DNA of 61,542 nt, filler included, from a bacterium (lineage in GTDB: Bacteria > UBA9089 > CG2-30-40-21 > SBAY01): the NCBI GenBank assembly GCA_040757115.1. It is 5 parts of 5 records of this genome, joined end to end, with 100 filler letters (N's around TTAATTAATTAA, not from the genome) between each part and the next. Parts side by side here need not be neighbours in the genome. Positions count along the whole stretch, not along the records: positions 1 to 12,515 come from JBFLYA010000116.1; positions 12,616 to 25,017 come from JBFLYA010000117.1; 3 more parts are not named here. One strand, 5' to 3'. The notes beneath the pieces were generated by a model. The model did no database searches. It was not told the DNA's origin and saw only the letters and a program-made list of their open reading frames with translations. Both the position numbers and the translations under genes were made by a program. Shown piece after piece: positions 8,672 through 18,957 of this stretch. The number at the start of each line of letters is the position of its first letter. Within the stretch, counting starts at the first letter, position 1.

Positions 8672-9493
8672 ATGCTATCAAAGAAGTTGTATCATTTGAT
8701 TATTCTCTTCTTAATTGTTTCATTTCAATCTCCTGTTGATATTTTTGCCCAGGAGGAAACAGAAGTAGTAACCCTTCCATTTTTGGCTGTAAGGGAGAAG
8801 GACACTGCCCCAGAAAAGAAAATAGTAACCCTCCATTTCTTATCAATCGAGTCTGAAAAACCACAGTTAAAAAAGATAACCTTAATGGGTGAAACAGGCT
8901 ATTTTATCCCTACTGATGATAAAATAAAGGATATATACGGAAAAGGAATAATTTTCTCGGGAGGGGCAAAATATAATATCCCTCCAAATTTATCCATAGG
9001 AATTGCCCTTGATTATTGGGATAAGAGTGGAGATGTAAGGAAGATAGAGGAAATGACACGGAAGATAGACGAAATAGTGAAGGAGTTTCAAGATAACTAC
9101 CCAATGGCAGAGATTAAAGTAGTAACCGGGGAGACGACGATGAGAATTATCCCTGTAATTGTCACAGTGATATACAATATTCCAATCCGGGGTATAAGAA
9201 AATCTTTATTTTATTTTGGCGGTGGCCCCAGTTGGTATATGGCAAAGAAGAAGATAGATAATACGACTATATCTGCTATTGAAGATAAAGTTGTCGCCTC
9301 AGAAATAATTTTAGGAAAGGATGAATCAAAGAATATCTTTGGTTTTCATACCTTAATGGGGACGAATTATTTCCTCTCCAGGAGATTTTCTGTAACCTTA
9401 GAGGCAAAATATTCTTATACTAAAAAAGTATCTAACTGGGATATGAAATTAGGTGGACTTGCCCTCGCAGGTGGTTTTAATTATACATTCTAA
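8672..9493 (+). CDS. Outer-membrane beta-barrel protein
   Basis: Signal peptide, alternating beta strands, C-terminal GFNYTF. Confidence 0.75.
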   Translation: MLSKKLYHLIILFLIVSFQSPVDIFAQEETEVVTLPFLAVREKDTAPEKKIVTLHFLSIESEKPQLKKITLMGETGYFIPTDDKIKDIYGKGIIFSGGAKYNIPPNLSIGIALDYWDKSGDVRKIEEMTRKIDEIVKEFQDNYPMAEIKVVTGETTMRIIPVIVTVIYNIPIRGIRKSLFYFGGGPSWYMAKKKIDNTTISAIEDKVVASEIILGKDESKNIFGFHTLMGTNYFLSRRFSVTLEAKYSYTKKVSNWDMKLGGLALAGGFNYTF

Positions 9494-9545
9494 AAATATA
9501 GATTTACTTTATGGTTACCTTATACCATTTCCCTCAACGGTTTTC

Positions 9546-10631
9546 TTACACTTCTGCAGGGTGACAACAAATTTTCCTTAATTCTTCTATAAAATTTTTT
9601 ATATCATCTGTTGAAATTAACCCTACGGTGCCTATTCTAAAAACTTTACCTTTTAGATGTCCCTGGCTATTGTAAATGACAAATCCTTTTAATTTTAAAA
9701 GATGATGAAGTTTTTCAAAGGAAAAGCCTGCTGGTAGATAAACTGAGGTCATTGTATTAGAGAAAAGGCTTTCGTTAAGGAAAAATTTTAGACCTATTTC
9801 TTTTAATCCCTTTCTTAATAATTCAGCGATGTGTTTATAATGAGCAATTCTATTTTCTACCCCTTCTTCTAACAGTTCTAACAGTGCCGTTTTAAAGGCA
9901 TAAAAAACCTGAACCGCAGGCGTAAAAGGTGTCTCCTCGAGGTTTTCTTCGGATTCAAGATGAGTTAAAAGGTCATTATAAGATGCTTTTTTGCCGCCTT
10001 TTTTAATTTTTTCAATAAATCTTTCGCTTACAATCACAAAAGCCGCCCCCGGAACCCCTCTTATACATTTATGCCCCGAGCCCATAAGCACATCTATGGT
10101 TAACTGATTCAAATCTATTTCCTCGCCACCAATACTACTAATCGCATCAACTAATAGGAGTGTCTCATATTTCTGAGCTAAACAGGAGATTTCTTTTAGG
10201 GGATTTAAAAGTCCGGTTGAAGTTTCATGATGAACAATATAAATGGCATCGACATTGGTCGTTTTCAACCTTTCTTCTATGACTGTTAAATCCGGTAGAT
10301 TCCCCCAACCAAAATTTATCTCTTGAAAATTAACTTTATAAGTTATAGCAATATTTCTTGCTCTTTCTCCATAAACGCCATTAGAGATGATTAATAGATT
10401 TTTGATATTATCTGTTAGAGAGGCTATAACACTATCTATGGCTAATGTTCCAGAGCCAGTTAAAACTACACTCTTATACCCATTTTTAGCCTTGCCAACC
10501 TGGAGAAGAAGTTGGCGAATATCTGATAGAATCTGAGATGCCTCACTATCACGATGGCATATATCTGGTAGGGTTAGAGATTTTCTCACCCTTTCTGAAA
10601 TATTAGCCGGTCCTGGGGAAAAAATTATCAT
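9546..10631 (-). CDS. Class V PLP aminotransferase (PhnW/serine-pyruvate transaminase-like)
   Basis: PGP, GSGT, VHHETSTG, DAISS, GSGHKCI motifs. Confidence 0.85.
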   Translation of the reverse strand: MIIFSPGPANISERVRKSLTLPDICHRDSEASQILSDIRQLLLQVGKAKNGYKSVVLTGSGTLAIDSVIASLTDNIKNLLIISNGVYGERARNIAITYKVNFQEINFGWGNLPDLTVIEERLKTTNVDAIYIVHHETSTGLLNPLKEISCLAQKYETLLLVDAISSIGGEEIDLNQLTIDVLMGSGHKCIRGVPGAAFVIVSERFIEKIKKGGKKASYNDLLTHLESEENLEETPFTPAVQVFYAFKTALLELLEEGVENRIAHYKHIAELLRKGLKEIGLKFFLNESLFSNTMTSVYLPAGFSFEKLHHLLKLKGFVIYNSQGHLKGKVFRIGTVGLISTDDIKNFIEELRKICCHPAEV

Positions 10632-10652
10632 ATTTTATTTCTTTTTCATCCT

Positions 10653-10936
10653 GTAACTATTCACCCTGTAGGAAAGTAGGAGAGTAGGGAAGTAGGAAAG
10701 GGAAAGAAAATGAATGAGAAGTTATAAGGGAAAAGGGGAAAAACAGGGGAAAATGGGAAAAGAAAAAAGGAAATCACTTTTACCCTTTTCCCCAATTTTC
10801 CATTTTCCCTTTATTACACACTGAGCACTTACAAAATCTTAATTTATGCCGTTGTTGAGTATAGTATGAAGTATTTTCCCCTCTTCCTACTTCCTACTTT
10901 CCTACTTCCTACTTGCTTGGTATGCTGAATAGTTAC
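10653..10936. mobile_element. IS66-type MITE with perfect 8-bp target site duplication
   Basis: Ends GTAACTATTCA/TGAATAGTTAC, flanked on both sides by TTCATCCT. Confidence 0.85.
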
Positions 10937-11018
10937 TTCATCCTTTGAAAGACTTTATGTTGTCTTAGATTAAAGAGGTATAGAATTGATGTATTGCCTG
11001 AAGGGTTACGAATTAATA

Positions 11019-11885
11019 TTATCTCCACTCTAAGACCGCGGTTTCTTTTTTAGTCCCTTTATAAACATCTATCTGTTTAATTAGTTTTGATTCTACCTCA
11101 ATTGTTGGTGTTGGAGTGCCTGTTTTGATAACAATAGTATCTTTTGGTTTTTCTGGTGGTAAGTCAATTACTTCCGGTGGTGTTGCCCCATCGGTCCAGA
11201 CCAATGATTTAGAAGTTGGATGTCTAAGCGAGAGTCTAAGTTTTGAGGCTTTATCTGCGCCTAAAGCTAATTCTTCTGCCTCGCGTGGATAAACGGCTAA
11301 AGTCACGGTATCAAAAGCAAGGGGTGGTTTTTCCTCCGCCGTAACTTTCTTAGGTATAAATTGTTGACCCGTAGCTAAAACTATGGCTGATTGGACAATG
11401 GTCTTACTCACTAATTTTCCGGCAAAATCTGATTCAAATGTGCCAATAACATCTACCCTATCTCCTGGTGTGATTAAATAAGAAATAGCGCCCGGATTGT
11501 CAATCAGCAAAGTAATGGCTCTTCTTTCGGGTGGCACAATATACGCCAGCCTGCCAACCCCAAAGTAAATTTGTGAGGATAAAACTGGCGAGTTAGGATG
11601 GATGTTAACCTTTGCAATACCGCCCACCACACTCGTTAAAGAAGTAATTGCCTCTTTTGACACAGTTTCAGGTTCTAATTCCTTCAATGTCACCATGCCG
11701 GTATCAATCACCGTCTGAGCAGGAATTTCACCTACAGCAAAAACTACGCCGACCTTTTTCGGCTCTGGAACAGGTTCTTCTTTAACCACCGGCGGTTTTT
11801 TTTCTAAAGTCTTGAAATAAAATAATACCACCCCGCAGGTAATTAATCCTAATATAATCCCTATAATTATAAGCCTTGTACCCAT
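11019..11885 (-). CDS. cpaB: Flp pilus assembly protein
   Basis: N-terminal TM, SAF domain, RAITL...PGDRVDV...VTLAV..EA..L. Confidence 0.85.
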   Translation of the reverse strand: MGTRLIIIGIILGLITCGVVLFYFKTLEKKPPVVKEEPVPEPKKVGVVFAVGEIPAQTVIDTGMVTLKELEPETVSKEAITSLTSVVGGIAKVNIHPNSPVLSSQIYFGVGRLAYIVPPERRAITLLIDNPGAISYLITPGDRVDVIGTFESDFAGKLVSKTIVQSAIVLATGQQFIPKKVTAEEKPPLAFDTVTLAVYPREAEELALGADKASKLRLSLRHPTSKSLVWTDGATPPEVIDLPPEKPKDTIVIKTGTPTPTIEVESKLIKQIDVYKGTKKETAVLEWR

Positions 11886-11895
11886 TATCTTCCTC

Positions 11896-12200
11896 TCTCC
11901 TGAAAATAGACTACAGACCCTAGACTATAGACCAGGTAACCAATGAAAAGCAAGTTTATTTCCTCCTTAACAAAGGGGGTTAGGGGGTTGTCCTTCTCCC
12001 ATTTTCATTGCCCTTTGTGAGCCCTGGCTCATGTCCGTTTCCCCTGAAAATAGGTTATGGGACGCAGATTTTCGCAGATTATCAGGATGTATATTTAAAA
12101 ATCCTGAAAATCTGCGTTTATCTGCGTCCTATACTTTCCCGAACCACGAATCCCGAATCCCTTTTTTCGTATCTTAGTGATTTAGTGGCTGAATAGTTAC
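11896..12200 (-). repeat. Structured-repeat array X1 (full repeat 12001-12051, half repeat 11896-11907)
   Basis: Reverse complement ATTTTCAGGGGAAACGGACATGAGCC-AG-GGCTCACAAAGGGCAATGAAAAT. Confidence 0.8.
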
Positions 12201-12261
12201 GACTGATTCTATTATATCATAAACAGGTAATGGTTGTCAAGAAACTTTTGTAGGAAATTTT

Positions 12262-12515
12262 GGTGGTGTCTGAAAATAGCTAATCTCCTCTAACTGGATA
12301 GGTAAACCATTTCTCTATACTCCAAAGATGGTCAGTTAGTCCAGCAGCCATGGCCGAAGTTCGCTTCTGCCAGCATTCCTCTATGTCTTTTATTCGTAAT
12401 GTTCGCACTATCCAACAAAAATTGTAGCTGAATCCAATGAAGTAAGAGATTGCATTATGCAGATTCCACTCCTTCGAAAAGCAATAACTCTTACGCTTCT
12501 TTCGTGAGTTCTTCC
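12262..12515 (-). pseudogene. IS1-family transposase C-terminal remnant with terminal repeat
   Basis: Minus strand encodes KRTSAMAAGLTDHLWSIEKW. End GGTGGTGTCTGAAAATA recurs at 42120. Confidence 0.65.
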
Positions 12516-12615
12516 NNNNNNNNNNNNNNNNNNNNNNNNNNNNNNNNNNNNNNNNNNNNTTAATTAATTAANNNNNNNNNNNNNNNNNNNNNNNNNNNNN
12601 NNNNNNNNNNNNNNN
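12516..12615. other. Artificial contig linker
   Basis: N-run/TTAATTAATTAA/N-run, 100 bp. Confidence 0.98.
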
Positions 12616-12724
12616 ACTAATAATTAATTTTTTAATTTTATTTTCAACCCCCACCCCCCAATCTTGGGGGCTTTAATAAGGAATTAGGATTGTGGCATTC
12701 AAAATGACCAACAATATATATTAT

Positions 12725-13183
12725 ACGAGGACGATGAAAATTAATAGGACGCAGATTTACAGGATTAACAGGATTTTAAAGAAAAACAAAACATCAAGAA
12801 ACAATAAGGAAATAACTATAGAAATACAATAATAAAAAATTAATTTTAATCCTGTTCATCTGCGAAAATCTGCGTCCCATAACCTATTTTCAGGAGAAAC
12901 CAGGTATAAACCTGCGGTTCACAAACGAGGATGAAAATTGAGCATAGAGATTAGAGATTGGAGATTAGAGATTAGCAAGAGTGCAGGTTCTAATTCACTA
13001 ATTCTCTAATCTCTAATTAACTATTTTCAGGAGAACCGGGCATGAACCTACGGCTCACAAAGGAAGATGAAAATAGTGATAGGAGATAGAAGGTAGGAAG
13101 TAAGGAGATAGGCGTGAGGAGTGATGTTTTCTTTACTTTCTACTTTCTACTCTCTACTTTCTACTTCCTATTTTCAGGAGAAA
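12725..13183 (+). repeat. Structured-repeat array X2 (full repeats 12886-12938 and 13023-13074, half repeats at both ends)
   Basis: Same consensus as X1 and X3; spacers of 144, 84 and 95 bp. Confidence 0.85.
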
Positions 13184-13185
13184 TA

Positions 13186-14352
13186 ATGACTATATTTCTT
13201 GAAGTAGGGCTAATTCTGATATTAGTCAAGATTTTAGGTGAATTATTTGAGCGGATAAAACTTCCTTCTATCTTTGGGGAAATCACCTTAGGCATAATTC
13301 TGGGGCCTGTTCTGGGTCTAATTATTCTTAATGATAAGACTTTTTCCGCAGCCATAATTAAACTTTTAGGTGAGATAGGGGCAGTATTTTTGTTATTTTC
13401 TATTGGGTTCACCCGTGTAGATTTCAAAAAGGTTACTGTATCTATAAAAAGGATTTTCCCGGTATCAATTTTCGGGGCGATGTTTCCTTTTTTAGCTGGA
13501 TTTTTTATTGGCTATATTTTTTTTAGTTCGGTAAAAGTGGCGTTATTACTCGGGACAGCGTTAGCCTCGACAAGTATTGGCGTAAGTGTTCGCACCTTAA
13601 TGGATGTAAAATATATTGCGACAATGGTAGGAGCAACTATTTTATTTGCCGCTGTTTTAGATAATTTCCTCTCGATGGGCACATTAGGGATAGTTACCGG
13701 AATTATCCAGAGAGAAAAGGTCTGGTATATTTCTATGGGAATAACCATTACCGAATTAGTCGGTTTTATCGCGGTGGTCTATCTAATGAGGAGATTCATT
13801 TTCCCTTTACTTACAAAATTAACGGATAAGATGATTGTTGAAGAAGCCACGCTGGGAATTATTATTGGCACGCTTTTTGTCTTTGCATACCTGACGCATA
13901 TCTTTGGGTTGAGTGTGATAATAGGTGCATTTTTGTTTGGGGCAGGAATATCAATCATCCCAAGATTAAAAACAGAGGTTGTCGTTCATAAGGTTAGAGG
14001 GATAGCCGATGGATTTTTTGTCCCATTTTTCTTCTTGAATATGGGGCTGATGTTTGATTTTAAAGGGATTGGGAATGTAGGGATATTTGCCAGCATCCTT
14101 CTTGTGGCACTAATTGTCAGTCAAATTATCGGTGGTTTCCTTGGAGGAAAAATAGGTAGGTTTAACTTTAAAGATTCCCTTATTATTGGCACCGCACTTA
14201 TCCCCAGAAATGAACTTGCCCTGGTTGTTTCTACCATTGGTTTAGAAATAGGGTTGTTAGGAAGTGAAGTCTTTTCGGCATTAATATTAATTTCATTAGT
14301 AACAACCATCATCACGCCTTTATTGCTCAGGTTAATAATTAAAGCCAGATAA
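13186..14352 (+). CDS. CPA2 (Kef/NapA-type) cation:proton antiporter
   Basis: Many TM helices; TSIGVS, FFVPFFF, IPRNE motifs. Confidence 0.9.
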   Translation: MTIFLEVGLILILVKILGELFERIKLPSIFGEITLGIILGPVLGLIILNDKTFSAAIIKLLGEIGAVFLLFSIGFTRVDFKKVTVSIKRIFPVSIFGAMFPFLAGFFIGYIFFSSVKVALLLGTALASTSIGVSVRTLMDVKYIATMVGATILFAAVLDNFLSMGTLGIVTGIIQREKVWYISMGITITELVGFIAVVYLMRRFIFPLLTKLTDKMIVEEATLGIIIGTLFVFAYLTHIFGLSVIIGAFLFGAGISIIPRLKTEVVVHKVRGIADGFFVPFFFLNMGLMFDFKGIGNVGIFASILLVALIVSQIIGGFLGGKIGRFNFKDSLIIGTALIPRNELALVVSTIGLEIGLLGSEVFSALILISLVTTIITPLLLRLIIKAR

Positions 14353-14357
14353 AGAAG

Positions 14358-14399
14358 AAGGCTGAAGGCTGAATCCAATTTCCTTCAGCCTTCAGCCTT
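14358..14399. terminator. Hairpin between convergent genes
   Basis: AAGGCTGAAGG...CCTTCAGCCTT built from GAAGGCT heptamers; contains the nadB stop. Confidence 0.5.
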
Positions 14400-15957
14400 T
14401 AAATTCAATATGCCTTTTGAATCGGGCATCATCTTTGGCAGGGAAATCCTGGCGGTAATGAACGCCCCTTGATTCTTCACGCATAAGTGCTGCTTTCTGA
14501 ATAAGTTTTCCGATGATTAACATATTTTGTAATTCAAAACCATCCGAGGTTGAAAATTCTTTAGCCAGAACATACGAAGACCAAAAGTCTATTTCTTTTC
14601 CTGCATCGACGAGTTTATCCTTTTCTCGTTCAATACCCACATCTCGCCACATTAAACTTTTGAGTGCATTGCGGACATCTTCTACATCTAAGTCTTTCAG
14701 GTATTTACCTTCAAAGATATAAGAGATATGTGGAAATGATTTTATCTTATTTTTTGAACACCCGGCTCTATATCCAAAAACCAAACATTCTAAAAGCGAA
14801 TTGCTGGCTAAACGATTTGCACCATGGATACCAGGGTTGGCACACTCACCGCAAGCATATAATCCTTCAATGTTAGTCTTGCCCTCTAAATCTGTTTTAA
14901 TCCCACCAATGGTATAATGAGCCGTAGGTCTAACAGGTATCAAGTCTTTCTTTATATCAATGTCGAAGGAATGGCAGGTTTTCATTATATTTGGAAACCT
15001 ATTTTGCAGGAATTCATCATCTAAGTGGGTCACATCTAAATATACATGGGTATCATTGGTTAATTTCAATTCAGTCAGGACACTTCTGGAGACGACATCC
15101 CTTGGGGCTAATTCTAAAGCGGGATGATATTTAGCCATAAATCTTTCGCCGTATTTATTTTTTAATATTCCGCCTTCTCCCCGGACGGCTTCTGAGATTA
15201 ATGCCCTGGCCGCACCGGCAATATAAAGTGTTGTTGGATGAAATTGGATAAACTCCATATCCATTAAACTTGCACCAGCACGATAAGCCGCCGCCATCCC
15301 ATCGCCAGTGGCAATAATGGAATTAGTTGTCTCACGATAAATCTGACCAACCCCACCAGTTGCCAGAATTGTTTGACTGGCAAAGATTATTTCTCTCTTC
15401 TTACCTTTTGACTGGACAATTGCTCCGTAACAGATATTATCTTCGGTTAGTAAGTCTATGAGAAAGGTATTTTCTAAAATAGAGATATTTTTTTTGAGTT
15501 GAACCTTTGCGAGGAGTATTCGTTCAAGTTCTGTGCCAGTGGCATCACCTCTGGCATGGATTATTCTTCGGGTAGAGTGTCCTGCTTCCTGGGTAAATAG
15601 TAGTTTTCCTTCTTTGCAGTCGAAATTTGCTCCCCAATCAATTAAATTCTGTATTTGTTGAGGACCTTCTTCAACTAATACTCTAACTGCTTCCTCATTA
15701 CACAGCCCATCACCTACTTCTATGGTATTCTGTAAATGGCTTTCATAGGTATCATTTTCAGTTAAAACTGCGGCGATACCGCCTTGAGCAATCTCGGTAT
15801 TACACTGTTTCAATTTATCCTTAGTAATGATTAGCACCTGACCTTCATCAGCGGCTTCAATTGCCGCCCGGAGCCCCGCCGCACCACTACCAATGATTAA
15901 AATGTCTGTTTTGATAATTGGTAATTTGTTGGTATCAAAACTGACTAAATATCTCAC
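14392..15957 (-). CDS. nadB: L-aspartate oxidase
   Basis: GSGAAG, AQGGIA, QFHPT, HGANRLASNSL, ESRGVHYR. Confidence 0.95.
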   Translation of the reverse strand: MRYLVSFDTNKLPIIKTDILIIGSGAAGLRAAIEAADEGQVLIITKDKLKQCNTEIAQGGIAAVLTENDTYESHLQNTIEVGDGLCNEEAVRVLVEEGPQQIQNLIDWGANFDCKEGKLLFTQEAGHSTRRIIHARGDATGTELERILLAKVQLKKNISILENTFLIDLLTEDNICYGAIVQSKGKKREIIFASQTILATGGVGQIYRETTNSIIATGDGMAAAYRAGASLMDMEFIQFHPTTLYIAGAARALISEAVRGEGGILKNKYGERFMAKYHPALELAPRDVVSRSVLTELKLTNDTHVYLDVTHLDDEFLQNRFPNIMKTCHSFDIDIKKDLIPVRPTAHYTIGGIKTDLEGKTNIEGLYACGECANPGIHGANRLASNSLLECLVFGYRAGCSKNKIKSFPHISYIFEGKYLKDLDVEDVRNALKSLMWRDVGIEREKDKLVDAGKEIDFWSSYVLAKEFSTSDGFELQNMLIIGKLIQKAALMREESRGVHYRQDFPAKDDARFKRHIEFKG

Positions 15958-17540
15958 TATAATTTCACCACTGTTGTTTCTAAAATCTCTTCCTGAGCAT
16001 TAATCTCTTGTAAAACTGTTTGGGGTATAGGCTCATCGACATTTAAAACGATTAATTGTTTACCACCAATAGTTTTTCTACCCATTTGTAGTCCGGCAAT
16101 ATTGATGTTATTTTTGCCCAGAATGGTGCTGATTTTGCCCAGAACCCCGGGTTTATCAATATTTGAGATAACAAGCATATTACCTTGAGGTATAGCATCG
16201 ATTCTAAAACCGTCAATTGCTACGATTCTGGCATCATTCTTTTGGAAGATACTGCCGGCAATTTGAGATGTCTTTTTATCTGTTTTTAGCGTCACGGTAA
16301 TGAGGTTGACAAAATCTTCTTCTTTTGCCTCTTTGTTTTCAACAATATTTATCCCTCGTTCTTTAGCGATAAAAGGTGCATTGACATAATTGACGACAGG
16401 CTCTTTAAGGATAGTTGCCAGCATCCCTTTAAGCACCGCAACTTTAAAAGGCGTAACCTCATACTCAGCAATTTCACCTGAAATCTTTATTTCGACTTCT
16501 TGTATTCCCTCGACGGTCAATTGAGTATGGAGAGAACCTATTTTTTCGGCTAAAGTTAAATATGGGGCGATTTCCTGGAATACCTCTGGAGCGACCTGCT
16601 GGATATTAACGGCGTTTCTAATTACCCCACTGGTTAATGCATCTACGACCTGCTGAGCCATTTCTATGCCGACATTTATCTGTGCATCAATCGTCGAGGC
16701 ACCAAGATGCGGCACTAAAACGCAGTTATCGAATGTCAGAAGCGGACTATCCACTGGCGGTTCGGTTTCATAGACATCTAAAGCCGCACCCGCAACCTTA
16801 CCCAACTTAAGCCCCTCATAAAGTGCCTGTTCGTCAATTAATCCACCTCTGGCGCAGTTAATTATCCGCACACCATCCTTCATCTTATCAATTTCTGCTT
16901 TAGAAATCATCTTTTTCGTCTCATCAGATTTAGGTACATGCAGGGTAATATAATCTGAGCGGCGATAGAGTTCGTCCAGTTCAGATAATTCTACCCCCAT
17001 TCGTTTTGCCTTTTCCTGTGAAATATAAGGGTCATAAGCCAGAACCTTCATATTGAAGGCTAATCCGATTTGAGCAACATAGGAGCCAATTCTTCCCAGT
17101 CCAACAACACCTAATGTTTTTCCGCATAATTCTACACCCATATATTTTTTGCGGTCCCATTTCCCTTCTTTCATAGATTTATCTGCCTGTGGTATATTTC
17201 GTGATAGGGCTAAAATCATCCCAATTGTGTGTTCAGCGGTAGAAACCGTATTGCCGCCTGGGGCATTCATTACAATAATCCCTTTTTTCGTGGCAGATGG
17301 AACATCAATATTGTCCACACCTACCCCGGCTCGACCAATGACCTGTAATTTTTTGCTTGCCTCGATGACTTCTTTAGTCACCTTTGTTTCACTTCTCACA
17401 ATCATCCCATCGTAATCACCAATACACGCCACTAATTCTTCTGGTTTAAGTCCTGTCTTGACATCTACTTCAATGGATTCTGCTTTCTCTAAAATCTCTA
17501 ATCCTTGCTTTGATAACGGGTCACTAACTAATACCTTCAT
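15957..17540 (-). CDS. serA: D-3-phosphoglycerate dehydrogenase
   Basis: GRAGVGVDNID, GLGRIG, PHLGAST, C-terminal ACT domain. Confidence 0.97.
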   Translation of the reverse strand: MKVLVSDPLSKQGLEILEKAESIEVDVKTGLKPEELVACIGDYDGMIVRSETKVTKEVIEASKKLQVIGRAGVGVDNIDVPSATKKGIIVMNAPGGNTVSTAEHTIGMILALSRNIPQADKSMKEGKWDRKKYMGVELCGKTLGVVGLGRIGSYVAQIGLAFNMKVLAYDPYISQEKAKRMGVELSELDELYRRSDYITLHVPKSDETKKMISKAEIDKMKDGVRIINCARGGLIDEQALYEGLKLGKVAGAALDVYETEPPVDSPLLTFDNCVLVPHLGASTIDAQINVGIEMAQQVVDALTSGVIRNAVNIQQVAPEVFQEIAPYLTLAEKIGSLHTQLTVEGIQEVEIKISGEIAEYEVTPFKVAVLKGMLATILKEPVVNYVNAPFIAKERGINIVENKEAKEEDFVNLITVTLKTDKKTSQIAGSIFQKNDARIVAIDGFRIDAIPQGNMLVISNIDKPGVLGKISTILGKNNINIAGLQMGRKTIGGKQLIVLNVDEPIPQTVLQEINAQEEILETTVVKL

Positions 17541-17557
17541 TTTTTTATCATCCTCCT

Positions 17558-18745
17558 TTATTCTAATTTAGCCATTGCCTTTTCTATTCTATCTAATCCT
17601 TTTTCAATATTTTTTAGAGAAGTAGCGTAGGAGAGTCTGATGTAATTTGGTGCGCCAAAGGCATCTCCTGGGACGACCGCTACCCGTGCCTCATCTAATA
17701 AAAACTCAGTTAAGCCAAAGGAATTATTAATCATTTTTCCATTAAATTTTGTCCCATAAATACAGGAGACATCAGGAAAGGCATAAAATGCGCCCTTTGG
17801 GGTTTTACAGGTAAATCCTTTAATCCCATTTAGCCGTTGGACAATAAACTTGCGTCTTTTATCAAATTGTGCCACCATCTCGGCAATACATTCTTGAGGT
17901 CCCTGTAATGCGGCTAAAGCGGCTTTTTGGGAAATAGATGTTGGATTAGAGGTAGAATGTGATTGAACATTTGACATCGCCAGGATAATCTCTTTAGTCC
18001 CGGCGGCATAACCAATTCGCCAGCCAGTCATCGAATACGCCTTTGAGACACCATTAATGGTAATGGTTAACTCCTTGACCGCTGGATTTAAACTGGCAAT
18101 GCTAAAATGCCTTTGACCATCATAGATTAGATACTCATAAATTTCATCGGAGATAATGTAAATTCCATTTTCTACAGCTATCTCCGCCAGAGCCTCTAAT
18201 TCATCCTTTTCATAGACTGCCCCGGTTGGATTACAGGGGGAATTAAGAATAAGTAGTTTAGTTTGAGGTGTTATCGCCTTTTCAAATAATTCTGGAGTTA
18301 ATTTAAAGTCATCATTGGTCTGAACAATAGTTGGTGTCGCACCTGCCATTTTCACCTGCTCTTCATAACTTACCCAGTAAGGAGCCGGGATGATAACCTC
18401 ATCTCCCTCATCAGCAAGCACAAATATAGCGTTAAAGAGTGAATGTTTTGCCCCACTTGAAATCAGGATTTGAGATGGCTCATAAATCAGGTTATTATCT
18501 TTTTTAAACTTTTCACAGACCGCTTTCTTTAACTCTATTATCCCGGAATCTTGCGTATATTTCGTAAAACCGGATTTGATGGCGGTAATTCCTGCCTCTT
18601 TAATTAGTTCTGGGGTATCGAAATCAGGCTCACCAGCCCCAAAGCCAATGACATCAATTCCATCTGCTTGCATCTGTTTAGCCTTAGCACTTATGGCTAA
18701 TGTAATCGATGGCGAGAGATTAGAGGCTCGTTTAGATAATATCAT
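17558..18745 (-). CDS. aspC: Aspartate aminotransferase (class I)
   Basis: GEPDF, NSPCNPTG, SKAYSMTGWRIG. Confidence 0.9.
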   Translation of the reverse strand: MILSKRASNLSPSITLAISAKAKQMQADGIDVIGFGAGEPDFDTPELIKEAGITAIKSGFTKYTQDSGIIELKKAVCEKFKKDNNLIYEPSQILISSGAKHSLFNAIFVLADEGDEVIIPAPYWVSYEEQVKMAGATPTIVQTNDDFKLTPELFEKAITPQTKLLILNSPCNPTGAVYEKDELEALAEIAVENGIYIISDEIYEYLIYDGQRHFSIASLNPAVKELTITINGVSKAYSMTGWRIGYAAGTKEIILAMSNVQSHSTSNPTSISQKAALAALQGPQECIAEMVAQFDKRRKFIVQRLNGIKGFTCKTPKGAFYAFPDVSCIYGTKFNGKMINNSFGLTEFLLDEARVAVVPGDAFGAPNYIRLSYATSLKNIEKGLDRIEKAMAKLE

Positions 18746-18957
18746 ATTTAATCACCCTCCTTTTGGGATATAAAGTATACAAAAAGAGATTAAAAAAGTC
18801 AAGAAAAAAGTATAAAGTTCAGTATTTCTCCTTCTTGTAAAAAAACGCTTGCAATCTTTGATATTTTGTGATATGATAATCTGAGTGCAGTGTCCGTGAC
18901 GCTGCAGGCATTGACAGGGTCAATGTACTCCATAGTTATTCAGGAGGTTTAGAAAGA

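Noticed and set aside
12516-12615. TTAATTAATTAA inside N-runs as a biological motif, and gene adjacency across gaps
   Set aside because: Identical 100-bp six-frame-stop linkers. The internal contigs decrease in length (12402, 12391, 12263 bp), consistent with size-sorted concatenation.
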